Shown here piece by piece: positions 55,081 to 64,000 of a stretch of DNA of 64,000 nt. This DNA comes from a bacterium. GTDB lineage: Bacteria; UBA10199; 2-02-FULL-44-16; JAAZCA01. The notes beneath the pieces are model-generated. The model saw nothing but the letters and a program-made list of their open reading frames with translations. It was not told the DNA's origin and did not search any database. Both the position numbers and the translations under genes were made by a program. Within the stretch, counting starts at the first letter, position 1, and every line of letters begins with the position of its first letter. The stretch spans positions 896,001 to 960,000 of the forward strand of contig CAXXGI010000001.1 of the NCBI GenBank assembly GCA_963674695.2. The letters run 5' to 3'.

Positions 55081-57339
55081 TTATCTGCCGGTATATCGAA
55101 TCTTCATACGCAGTCGCAGGACGGCGGCGAAGCCGATGAGGAGGGAGAACCCTGCGAAGGTCAGCCAACGATCGATCGTGCGGCCGTCATCGACGAGCGC
55201 ACAGCTCGAAGAACCGCCGCCGTCGAGATCGCCCGTTCCGCTGTAGGCGGAGGTGTCCGCACTGACGGAAGCGAGCACATTCACGGCGTTGACCTTTCCC
55301 GCGCCGTAGCTGTTGGCCGCAACGACGGTCTTGGCCGTCATGCCGTCGGTGGACGCGCCCGTCTGCAGGGCGGTGCGCACCTGACTCACCGAAAGCGTAT
55401 TGTTGCGCTCGAGCAAGAGCGCCACGATCCCCGTCACATGCGGCGAGGCCATCGAGGTCCCGGCCGCCTTGTAGTAATTCTCCCCTACCGTAATGGCGGA
55501 AGAGAGTGTGGACCCTCTGGCCTTGGCCGCAATGATCGGCTCGCCGGGCGCAACGATGTCGGGCTTGGTGGTCTCCGTTGCATCCGCCTCCGGTCCGAGG
55601 CTCGAAAACGAGGAGAGATCTGCAGTCGTACTTCCATATCCCCCGTCGGCGACGACCGCCTGATCATAGGTGATGCCGTTATCCCCCGTCCAGGATGAGG
55701 TCGCTGCACCCACGGGTTTGGGCGGCATGAAGCTCCCGACGGCGATCACGCCCGATGCTGTGGAGGGAACGGTGGCGGTGTAGAAGCTGTCACCATCGGC
55801 GAGCGCATATCCGGCCTCGGCACCCGCGCCCACATCGAACCCCGCACCGGCGACGTTCTGCAAAAAGTCATGGACGCTCGTCACATCATAATAGAGCCAC
55901 ATGTGCCCGGTGCACGCGCCGCCCGAGGCGCGGATGACCACATCGAACCAATAGTTGTTGAGGGCCGAGCCGCGGCTGCCGGAGGGCTTGAAGAGCACCT
56001 GCGCGTGCGGGCGATCGTTGCGCGAGTCCTGGGCATCCACACCGATGGATGCGATGACGGTCCCGTCGGTCGCGGTCACATCATCGGACGTATCGGTCGC
56101 GAAGGGGACGTCGCCCGTCGCGAGTTCGGCATCGTCGGTCGTGGCGATCCCCGGGAAGGTGAAGTCCTGGCTGGCGCGTCCTTCGGTGTAGCCGAGAGCC
56201 GCAACCGAACAGGTGTCCTTCTGGCCGGCATCGAGCCAGGTCTCCACGAGCGACCCGCCGGTGAAGAGGGCGGCGGCGGAGGCGCCGGAGAGCACCATCA
56301 CGCGCACGGCCTTGGACTCGCCCGCGGCGACGCTGATGGAGTGATGCAATCCGCCCAGATAGGTTCGCTGATCGCCGGAGAAGAGCGCGGGCACAAGATC
56401 CTCGTTGCCCGCCGCGTTGACGATGATGCGCCCGCCCTTTGTGGAGGAGAGCGCGGTGAGTCCCTGTTCGAGAAGCGAGGTCCCGTCGTGCGCGCCGATC
56501 GACGTCCCGAGGCTCAAGTTCACGACCGCCGCCTTATCGAGCACATCGGCCTTCTCGAAGATCACATCCACGCCTTCGAGGACATTGGTCCCAAACGTTC
56601 CACCGGAATCGCCGTTGTTGCCCGCGCCCACGAAGACGAACATGATGTCGGCGAGATTCGCTACCCCTGTATAGGTCGCATTGCCCCCCGCGGCGATGCC
56701 GGTGACGTGCGTACCGTGCACACCGCCCTGCCCTTCGTCCGTGATGGAACAACTGCCCGCATCGATCTGCCCCTTCGTGCAGGTCAGAAGCGTCCCGTCC
56801 TCAGTCTGCTGCACATACTGCACGCGCGTCTTGCCCGTGCTCTTCAGAAAATCCGGGTGCCCGTAGTCGAGCGATTCATCGACGATGCCGACGACAACAT
56901 TGGTGCCGTGATAGGCCGTGCCCAAACCCCCGCCGCCTTCCTGCACCGTCTGCACGCCGGAATAATACCGCGCGGTATTCATCTTGCTCGAGAGGTGACC
57001 GGCCGCCTCCATCGCCGTGACCTCCGCGCGCGCGGCGATGATCTCGACCACATCGAGCGGCAGGCGCGCCGAGAGAACATCGCCCGCGATCGCGCCGACG
57101 CTCCCGCCCCATGCCTCCACGGCATCGACCGTCGCGTTCACGTCGCTGCTCTTGATGAAACAGGGGACGAAGAGCGCATCGTTCTCGCGCACGAGCGACT
57201 TGGAAGCGAGCGCTTCCCCCTGCTGCGCATCCCGCACGATCGCGCGAAGCGAAAGATCCATCGGGGAGGCCTGTGCAACCGCACTCGCGGTGCACAACGC
57301 CATCGTCACCGTCATCATAATGATCGTTCTTCGCATCAC
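55081..57339 (-). CDS. S8 (subtilisin) serine protease with C-terminal Gly/Ser-Cys-TM sorting-like tail
   Basis: VGIVD, HGTHVTG, AAGN, GTSMASPHV; tail GGGSSSCAL...TM...RLRMK. Confidence 0.9.
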   Translation of the reverse strand: MMRRTIIMMTVTMALCTASAVAQASPMDLSLRAIVRDAQQGEALASKSLVRENDALFVPCFIKSSDVNATVDAVEAWGGSVGAIAGDVLSARLPLDVVEIIAARAEVTAMEAAGHLSSKMNTARYYSGVQTVQEGGGGLGTAYHGTNVVVGIVDESLDYGHPDFLKSTGKTRVQYVQQTEDGTLLTCTKGQIDAGSCSITDEGQGGVHGTHVTGIAAGGNATYTGVANLADIMFVFVGAGNNGDSGGTFGTNVLEGVDVIFEKADVLDKAAVVNLSLGTSIGAHDGTSLLEQGLTALSSTKGGRIIVNAAGNEDLVPALFSGDQRTYLGGLHHSISVAAGESKAVRVMVLSGASAAALFTGGSLVETWLDAGQKDTCSVAALGYTEGRASQDFTFPGIATTDDAELATGDVPFATDTSDDVTATDGTVIASIGVDAQDSRNDRPHAQVLFKPSGSRGSALNNYWFDVVIRASGGACTGHMWLYYDVTSVHDFLQNVAGAGFDVGAGAEAGYALADGDSFYTATVPSTASGVIAVGSFMPPKPVGAATSSWTGDNGITYDQAVVADGGYGSTTADLSSFSSLGPEADATETTKPDIVAPGEPIIAAKARGSTLSSAITVGENYYKAAGTSMASPHVTGIVALLLERNNTLSVSQVRTALQTGASTDGMTAKTVVAANSYGAGKVNAVNVLASVSADTSAYSGTGDLDGGGSSSCALVDDGRTIDRWLTFAGFSLLIGFAAVLRLRMKIRYTGR

Positions 57340-57445
57340 TGCCCTCCGCGGTATGAGAATGGAAATCGTGCTATTCGGTCAGCGCACAAAATGCAATCCT
57401 TGGTCTTTTGCCTTGAGGGGGGGGGAGATCTCTCGAAATGAGGCT

Positions 57446-58354
57446 TCAGCTGCATTCCGGCGCAGAAAGGAGCGATGGCAACCGGGCGCCGCGCATGAGC
57501 GCGCGCACGGGAATCGCGGTGTCGCGCTCGGGCCAATCCTGCGCCAAGCGCGTGATCAGATCATCGTCGAGCTGCTCGATGGCGATGCCGCCTCGCATGA
57601 GTTCCGCGATAATCGCAGCCTTCCGACGCCCTCCGTATCGATTATAATGATCGGGAAAGAAGAGGAGCTCATCGGCGCGCAGCTCGACGGGACGGTAGAC
57701 GAGTCGCACCGGGACGGGGGTGTGCAAGCGCACCTTGTGGGTTCGGCGGCGATTCGACCGATAGGTCTGAAGGAGCTTCGGATCGTTCTCATCGGAAAAG
57801 GTGCGCTGCAGATACCAGGCGATCGCCTCGACCTCGTCGTTGTTCATACGCATGCAGCCATGCGACGCCGCGCGCCCCACCGTCCAGGCCTTGTTCGTCC
57901 CATGAAAGAGGATGGCATCGCCGAGCGCCATCTTGGCCACACCCAGCGGATTGCCCGGTCCGGGCGGCGTTGGCTTATCGTTGCGCGCCCAGCCAGACGG
58001 AGGCGGATACCACCAAGGATTCCATTCGATGCGCCGAATGGTCGACTCCTGCTCCGGCGTTGGATAGATGCCGCGACCGATCGCGATGCGGCGCCGAAAG
58101 AGTTCGACGCCGTCTTCAAAGAGCGCCATCTCGGTCGCGGGGATATTGACCACGATCTCGATGTTCGGCGGCATCTCCGGTTCCATCGTCATTCGTGATG
58201 CCGGGGAAGACTCGGCCGTACCAGCGACGACGGTCTGCTCCACTTCCTCCTCGGTCGGTTCATCGGGTTCGGGTCCGAACCCCCACACCCCCAACCCCAC
58301 GGCCACGATGATCGCCAACATCCAGTAAGCGGGCTGCTTGTAGAACCTGGTCAT
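57446..58354 (-). CDS. L,D-transpeptidase (YkuD family)
   Basis: PGPGNPLG, HGTN...ASHGCMRM. Confidence 0.9.
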   Translation of the reverse strand: MTRFYKQPAYWMLAIIVAVGLGVWGFGPEPDEPTEEEVEQTVVAGTAESSPASRMTMEPEMPPNIEIVVNIPATEMALFEDGVELFRRRIAIGRGIYPTPEQESTIRRIEWNPWWYPPPSGWARNDKPTPPGPGNPLGVAKMALGDAILFHGTNKAWTVGRAASHGCMRMNNDEVEAIAWYLQRTFSDENDPKLLQTYRSNRRRTHKVRLHTPVPVRLVYRPVELRADELLFFPDHYNRYGGRRKAAIIAELMRGGIAIEQLDDDLITRLAQDWPERDTAIPVRALMRGARLPSLLSAPECS

Positions 58355-58484
58355 GCATCCCCCCCAGAACCCTTCTCCGTTGCCCCCTTTATTGTAGCGT
58401 CTGTATCATCAGGAAAACACTTGAAAATCATGCATCATCCCCCCATCTGCATTATTCCAGAATTGATAGCATTACACTCCTCCT

Positions 58485-58606
58485 GGGCCATCATCACCGC
58501 GTTTCGCGTTCTTCCCGGAGGAGTATCAAGGCGCGTTTGCGAGGGGTAGCGAGCGAAGCGCGCCCCACGACGAAGGGAAGAGCGCGAAACGCGGTGATGA
58601 TGGCCC
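58485..58606. mobile_element. MITE-like element with 32-bp terminal inverted repeats
   Basis: GGGCCATCATCACCGCGTTTCGCGTTCTTCCC ... GGGAAGAGCGCGAAACGCGGTGATGATGGCCC. Confidence 0.6.
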
Positions 58607-60981
58607 TACTGTCCGATGATGACTTTGAGGATGTCGTCGGTGTCGTCGATCGTGGCGGACCCGGGGGCTGTGGGGAGCGGCGCGCGATATTCGGGTTGGC
58701 GTGCGGGTGGACGCACCCGTCGCTTCGGACGAGCAGCGCGTTTCGGAGCGGATTTTATTTCGGGCACACCCTTTGCGGGCGTCTCCGTCACGATCGTCCG
58801 AGGTTTTTCCACCTTCTTTTCAACCGGCTTCTCCGGCGCTGGCTCCTGTACGCGAATGAGCGTCGTTGCCTCCGCCGCGGCGGGTTTCTTGCGCGCATCG
58901 ATCGATGCGGCAAACGCCGCCGCGTTGAGCACGAGCTGCGGCTTTTCGATCGTCCCGGAAAGCAACATCGGCAGATCGAGGGCGCCCTCTCGGTCGAGCA
59001 GCACCCCCCTCTCCGTCGCATTTGGAAACAACGCGTGCGCGATCACCTTGGGCAGGCGTATCTCCCCCCTGCCCTCAACGTCGCCTTTCGCATCGATCGT
59101 CGCCGTCAATTCCGCCTGATAGCGCGCGTGCCGCCAAGAGAGTTCATCGACGCGAAGGAGATCGCCCTCCTGAGCGAACTGTGCCTCGAACCGCTCGAAC
59201 GCGCTGCCCGAATCCGTCAGGAGTTTCGCCTCGGCCGCATCGACCTCGGCCGATTCGCCAACGGCGAGCTCTTTCCAGAACGCGTCGGAGAAGAGCGCCT
59301 CTCCCAGCGCGAAGGCATCGAACGAACCCGACGGAATGGAAAGCGTCCCGGAAAAAGCCGCGCTCGATGCGAGCGTGACCGGATCATGACCGGAGGCGGT
59401 GAAGACGACCTCCATCGACGACTCGCCGGAGAGCACTCCGGCCAAGCGAGGAATGCGCGCGGCATCGACCTTGCCCAGCACCGCTTCGAAGTGCCAAGCC
59501 GCCTCCTCGCCCATAGCGATCGTGCCGTTGCCCGCGAAGACACCATCGGCATAGCGACCGCTCAACGTGGGGAAATGGATCTTCTCCTTCGTGACCTCCA
59601 GGCTTCCGCGCACCTCGTCCACGGCAACACCCACCACGCCCAGATGCGCGGCGGAAAAACTGCCGGTGAAGACGGATGGCGTCTGGGCATCCTGCGAACC
59701 GCTGAAGGTGAGCGCAACGTCGAGGCCTGTAGCCTCATCCGGAACGGCCAGGAGCGGAAAGAAATTCATCAGCGTATCCGCATCGAGTCCTGCACCCTCG
59801 ACGCGCGCCTCGTATGCGCGCGAACCCGTTCGCGCGATCGACCCCTCGACGTCGATGCGATTGTCCTCGAGGGAGATGCGCGCATCGTGCAGGGCAATCG
59901 TGTTCGCATCGACGACGCATTCGGCCTCGGCCTTGAGCCCGATGCCGGCGCGCTTGGAGAAGACATTCCCCATGCGGACATCGGCGCGCGTCGCATCGAG
60001 GTGCAAGGCGATGCGCCTGCCCTCGCGCGTTCCCGCAAGCGAGAGGTCACCGGCGACCGATCCCGTCCAGGTGAGATCCCCCGGCAACGCTCCCGCATAT
60101 TTCGGGAAGAGCGGTGCCAAGACCTCGGGGGTGAGCGATGCGGTGGCCAGATGGAGGTCATAGGTGACCGGATCGTTTTCAAAGGAGATGCTCGCGTCCG
60201 CACGCATCTGCGCGCCGGCGAGAAAGAGGCTCAGATCGTGCGTGGAGAGTCGGCGCACGGCACGATCATAGAGAACGGTTCCGGCAAGGCGCGCATTGGG
60301 TTCATCGCTCCCGGGAAGCGCCCCGACGATCTCGACATCGACACGGACCCCCTCGGCGACCGTGTGATTGCGACCGACAAAGGAGATATCTCCCATGACG
60401 AGCGGCTCATCGCGATCGGGCGCGTGGAGGATGAGCTGTCCCTTCGTTGCCGTAACGGAGCGAACGACGAGATGATCCGATTCTCCGGCGTCGGCAGAGG
60501 CATCCGGAGATGTCCCCTTCCCTCCGAAGAGCGCTTCGATATTGGTGGTGTCGTCCTGATGGAGGATCTCGACGGTCGGCTGCGTGAGGTTCACGGCGGT
60601 CACCACGCGACCGCGCAGGAGCGCAAAAAACTTGAGGCTTCCATCGATGTGCGGCACCGAAAGGATGCGACGCCCCTGAAAGGGGGCAGCGGTCGTAATG
60701 AGCGAGAACCCCTCGATGCGATATCCGGGCGTGGGCAACAGGCGCAGATGGAAGGAATCGATGGCGACGCGCGCCGCGAGTTGGCGAGAGAGCGTGCGCT
60801 CGACCCAACGCTGATAAGCGGGTGTGGGCACCAGGGCGGGCACGATCGCCGCCGCGACGAGCAGGAGCGCGATCGCGCCGAAGCCGACGATCAGGAACAG
60901 ACCCGCACGCCGAGGCCGTCGGCGCACGGAACGCTTCGGGCGCTTGGGCAGCGGAAATTTTCGTCGTGATGATCGTGCCAT
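58606..60981 (-). CDS. AsmA-family protein
   Basis: N-terminal TM, LRLLPTPG, beta-rich body, LPMLLSGTIEKP. Confidence 0.75.
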   Translation of the reverse strand: MARSSRRKFPLPKRPKRSVRRRPRRAGLFLIVGFGAIALLLVAAAIVPALVPTPAYQRWVERTLSRQLAARVAIDSFHLRLLPTPGYRIEGFSLITTAAPFQGRRILSVPHIDGSLKFFALLRGRVVTAVNLTQPTVEILHQDDTTNIEALFGGKGTSPDASADAGESDHLVVRSVTATKGQLILHAPDRDEPLVMGDISFVGRNHTVAEGVRVDVEIVGALPGSDEPNARLAGTVLYDRAVRRLSTHDLSLFLAGAQMRADASISFENDPVTYDLHLATASLTPEVLAPLFPKYAGALPGDLTWTGSVAGDLSLAGTREGRRIALHLDATRADVRMGNVFSKRAGIGLKAEAECVVDANTIALHDARISLEDNRIDVEGSIARTGSRAYEARVEGAGLDADTLMNFFPLLAVPDEATGLDVALTFSGSQDAQTPSVFTGSFSAAHLGVVGVAVDEVRGSLEVTKEKIHFPTLSGRYADGVFAGNGTIAMGEEAAWHFEAVLGKVDAARIPRLAGVLSGESSMEVVFTASGHDPVTLASSAAFSGTLSIPSGSFDAFALGEALFSDAFWKELAVGESAEVDAAEAKLLTDSGSAFERFEAQFAQEGDLLRVDELSWRHARYQAELTATIDAKGDVEGRGEIRLPKVIAHALFPNATERGVLLDREGALDLPMLLSGTIEKPQLVLNAAAFAASIDARKKPAAAEATTLIRVQEPAPEKPVEKKVEKPRTIVTETPAKGVPEIKSAPKRAARPKRRVRPPARQPEYRAPLPTAPGSATIDDTDDILKVIIGQ

Positions 60982-61041
60982 ATAAGGATATCAAGTGCAG
61001 CCGAATGATGGGCGCGTGAGGGTGATGACAAACCCTGCTGT

Positions 61042-61141
61042 TGTCATCCCCGCGAAAGCAGCCTGCCCGCCGGTTGTGTGGCGGGGGGATCTCGACGTGC
61101 CCTGACAATCGAGATTCCCGCTTACCCCCGCGGGAATGACA
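61042..61141. repeat. REP-like doublet with 25-bp internal insert
   Basis: GTCATCCCCGCGAAAGCAGCCTGCCCGCCGG...GATCTCG / CGAGATTCCCGC...GCGGGAATGAC. Confidence 0.88.
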
Positions 61142-61177
61142 GCGCGAGAGGGGTTTGTCAGCCATCTCACGCGTCCA

Positions 61178-61489
61178 TCAATGATGAACCTGTTTTTTGA
61201 TTTCCTCCAGCCACTGCATCACCAGGTCGTGAACCCGCTTCTCCAGGCCCTCGGGAAACTGCTGCGTGCGCAGGACCTGCATGAAGGCGTCGAGTGCCTC
61301 GCGTGTCTCGCCAACGTTAAGGGCATCTTCGCTGTCGCGCTCGAGTTCATCGCGATAGCGAAGTGCGGTCTCCACGAGCATGGCGAACATGGCCCGGGCG
61401 CCCTCGTCGGCGTCCTTAAAGTGTTCGGCCACACGGTCGAAAAGGTCCTGAATGTCCTGTTTATCGATGGAGGAATTGTCGATCGTCAT
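61178..61489 (-). CDS. Hypothetical helical protein
   Basis: Coding-like composition; start at MTIDNS inferred. Confidence 0.65.
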   Translation of the reverse strand: MTIDNSSIDKQDIQDLFDRVAEHFKDADEGARAMFAMLVETALRYRDELERDSEDALNVGETREALDAFMQVLRTQQFPEGLEKRVHDLVMQWLEEIKKQVHH

Positions 61490-61586
61490 ACAAAAGGGTG
61501 TGCCATGGGCATGGCGACCCTGCAACCCCAATTCCCGTCAAAAGTTCCCCCTTGCGGCACCGCGGGCGATCCGCTATCGAAGCCCC

Positions 61587-62243
61587 ATGGCGAAGATGTT
61601 CATCACATTCGAGGGGATCGAGGGGTGCGGCAAGACGACGCAGATTCGCCTCTTGGCCGAGGCCCTGCGCGCCGCCCACCAGGAGATGGTGCTCACGCGC
61701 GAACCGGGCGGAACCATCATCGGCGAACAGATCCGCAAGGTCTTGATGGATGCCAGCCATCGGGAGATGACGCCGCTGGCCGAGCTCCTGCTCTATGAGG
61801 CCGCGCGCCACCAGCACGTCGTCGAGGTGATCGAACCCGCGCTTGCCGCCGACCGCATCGTCCTCTGCGATCGTTTTTTCGATTCGACGACGGCCTATCA
61901 GGGCGCGGCCAGGTACCTCGATGCCGATCTCATCGTCCAGCTCAACCGCATCGCCACGGATGGACGCCGGCCGGACCTGACGATCCTCTTGGACTGCCCG
62001 GTCGAGGAAGGGCTCGCGCGCGCACGGCACCGCAACGAACGCGATGCAACCGACGGCGCCGAGGACCGCTTCGAACGCGAGGAACTCGATTTTCACCGGC
62101 GCGTGCGCGAAGGATTTCTCGCGATCGCCCAGGCCGAACCGGAACGCGTCGCCGTCGTACCGCTCGCGGAGAGCATCGATACGACCCACAAACGCATCTT
62201 GCAGATCGTGGAAGAAAAACTGAATTCTTGTCGTAACTCGTAA
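61587..62243 (+). CDS. tmk: Thymidylate kinase
   Basis: FITFEGIEGCGKTTQ, TREPGGT, LCDRFFDSTTAYQG. Confidence 0.95.
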   Translation: MAKMFITFEGIEGCGKTTQIRLLAEALRAAHQEMVLTREPGGTIIGEQIRKVLMDASHREMTPLAELLLYEAARHQHVVEVIEPALAADRIVLCDRFFDSTTAYQGAARYLDADLIVQLNRIATDGRRPDLTILLDCPVEEGLARARHRNERDATDGAEDRFEREELDFHRRVREGFLAIAQAEPERVAVVPLAESIDTTHKRILQIVEEKLNSCRNS

Positions 62244-62260
62244 CGCGGACAGCGTTCTTT

Positions 62261-62355
62261 CGAGTCACGAGTAACGAGTAACGAGTAACGAGTCACGAGT
62301 CACGAGTAACGAGTAACGAGTAACGAGTAACGAGTAACGAGTAACGGGTAACGAG
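62261..62355. repeat. Heptamer tandem array CGAGT(A/C)A x13
   Basis: Counted directly (one unit is CGGGTAA); two imperfect inverted units at 62231-62244. Confidence 0.92.
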
Positions 62356-63339
62356 ATGTTCTCAACCATCATCAGCCATGAACGCCAGATCGATGCGCTC
62401 AAACGCGCGCTCGAGCGAGAGCGTCTGCCCAACGCCTATCTCTTCACGGGTCTGCGCGGAGTCGGCAAACGGCGTACGGCCGATGCGCTCGCAGCAGCGA
62501 TCGCCTGTGCGCAGGCGAATGCCCCCGCCTGGGAGGCCTGTGCGACGTGCCCCAGCTGCCGCAAGCGCGAGAACGGATCCCATCCGGACCTCTTCGTCAT
62601 CACCCCCGAGGTCTCCGAGCGCGTGGGTTTTAAGAGCATCAAGATCGAAGGGGTGCGCACCCTGCAGGGGCGATTGCAATATCACGCCCTGGAGGCCAAG
62701 GCCAAACTCGCGATCATCGACGAGGCCGACTGCATGATCCCCGCTGCGGCCAACGCGATGCTCAAGATCCTGGAAGAACCGCCACCGGCGACGCACTTCA
62801 TCCTGATTTCATCGATGCCGCATCGACTGCTGCCGACGATCCGTTCGCGCTGCCGCGAACTGCGTTTCGAGCCGATCCCGGATGCCGCCATCGCCCAGGC
62901 CTTGATGGACCAGCGGGGGTTGGGCGATCTGGACGCCACGCGCATCGCACGCCTGGCCGGCGGAAGTTTGGGGCAGGCGCTGGCCCTGGACCCGGAGCTG
63001 GTCGACGACGTCCTGGGGCGCTTTTTCGCCCTCATCCGCCGGGGAAGTGCGGCCGACATCCTCGAGACGGCCCAGGCCTGGGCGGGGCAGGATGCAGAGC
63101 GAACGGCCCTCACCTTCGACCTGATCGCCAGCGTCCTGGGCGATCTGCTGCGTACGCACGCCACCGGCACGCGCGGAGCGCTCATCCATCCCGAGGCACA
63201 CGACGCGGCAAGCGCCTGGACGGAACGCCAAGCCCAAGGAGCATTCGAGGCCGTGGAGCGCGCTCGCCGCGCGTCATCGACCACCGCAAATAAACAGTTG
63301 ATGTTTGAGGAGCTTCTGTTTACGCTCGCTGGTCGATAA
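62356..63339 (+). CDS. holB: DNA polymerase III delta' subunit
   Basis: AYLFTGLRGVGK, Cys motif, HPD, AANAMLKILEEPP, LLPTIRSRC; synteny with tmk. Confidence 0.93.
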   Translation: MFSTIISHERQIDALKRALERERLPNAYLFTGLRGVGKRRTADALAAAIACAQANAPAWEACATCPSCRKRENGSHPDLFVITPEVSERVGFKSIKIEGVRTLQGRLQYHALEAKAKLAIIDEADCMIPAAANAMLKILEEPPPATHFILISSMPHRLLPTIRSRCRELRFEPIPDAAIAQALMDQRGLGDLDATRIARLAGGSLGQALALDPELVDDVLGRFFALIRRGSAADILETAQAWAGQDAERTALTFDLIASVLGDLLRTHATGTRGALIHPEAHDAASAWTERQAQGAFEAVERARRASSTTANKQLMFEELLFTLAGR

Positions 63340-63389
63340 AACCCTTGTGAATACGGCGTTTGCGGACTGCCCGCGCCGATACCCAAACC

Positions 63390-64000
63390 ATGACCGATCA
63401 ACCACACGAAAAAGAGATCGTCCCCGCCCATAAGCCTCCGGATGGGCACCCGCCCGCCACGCTCGCCGTCGGCGTCCAGTTTCAGACCGCGGGAAAGATC
63501 TACACCTTCACGACCACCGACCCGGAACTCGCCCTCGGCACCGCGGTCATGGTCGAGAGCGATCGCGGTGCCGCCCTCGGGACGATATCGCGCGCCTCCT
63601 ATGCCACGCCTGAGGCGAAGCTCCCCCGCGGAGTCAAGCGGGTCCTGCGACGCGCCTCGCCTGAAGAGATCGATGCGGACTATCAGCACCGGGAAGAGGC
63701 GATGGGGTTCATGGGCATCTGCAACGAGCGCATCCGAAAATACAATCTCGAGATGAAGCTCCTCGATGCGCAGCTCGAGGAGAACGGGCGCAAGGTGGTC
63801 TTCCTCTTCTTCTCCGAACAACGCATCGACTTTCGCAGCCTGGTCAAGGATCTGGCCGCGACGCTCAAGAAACGCATCGAAATGCGCCAGGTCGGTGCGC
63901 GCGACGAGGCCAAGGCCACCGGTTGCATGGGCTCCTGTGGCATGACCACCTGCTGCTCGACGCACCTGCGTCAGTTCCAGTCGATCTCGATCGCGATGGC
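63390..64000 (+). CDS. ricT: PSP1/RicT (YaaT) family protein, truncated by window edge
   Basis: GVQFQTAGKIYTF...RIDFRSLVKDL...RIEMRQVGARDEAK..GCMGSCG..TCC; tmk-holB-PSP1 synteny. Confidence 0.88.
   Translation, partial: MTDQPHEKEIVPAHKPPDGHPPATLAVGVQFQTAGKIYTFTTTDPELALGTAVMVESDRGAALGTISRASYATPEAKLPRGVKRVLRRASPEEIDADYQHREEAMGFMGICNERIRKYNLEMKLLDAQLEENGRKVVFLFFSEQRIDFRSLVKDLAATLKKRIEMRQVGARDEAKATGCMGSCGMTTCCSTHLRQFQSISIAM

Noticed and set aside
58537-60969. Long antisense ORFs (e.g. 58537..60969, 5864..7924, 55870..57441, 37079..38440)
   Set aside because: Shadow frames of well-supported genes in high-GC DNA

Overview
High-GC bacterial chromosomal window. Gene content suggests a deltaproteobacterial/Myxococcota-like diderm; this is inference, as no marker gene is present. 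It is mostly housekeeping and envelope genes: the first codons of a probable mraZ, two CPBP proteases, peptidoglycan recycling (ldcA-like, AmiE-like, mpl), TamB/TamA-like, porin, pepA, trmO, tatABC, two ABC systems, comEA, dCMP deaminase, S8 protease, L,D-transpeptidase, AsmA and tmk-holB-ricT. Highlights: (1) a tRNA-Asn(GUU) gene split inside the anticodon (35/36) by a 319-nt ORF-less group I intron carrying a repeat hairpin in P5; (2) a small GIY-YIG nuclease gene inside the loop of a GTCAT...ATGAC palindromic repeat doublet, with related empty doublets across the window (candidate REP-mobilising system); (3) a sigma28-like motif upstream of four orphan genes, including an EF-hand/transglutaminase-like/TPR protein and a paralog pair with a frameshift; (4) a CDP-alcohol phosphotransferase fused to a degenerate phosphodiesterase fold, next to a GbsR-like regulator and a radical SAM gene; (5) heptamer arrays abutting start codons. 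All calls are by eye from sequence and translation; no database searches were run.
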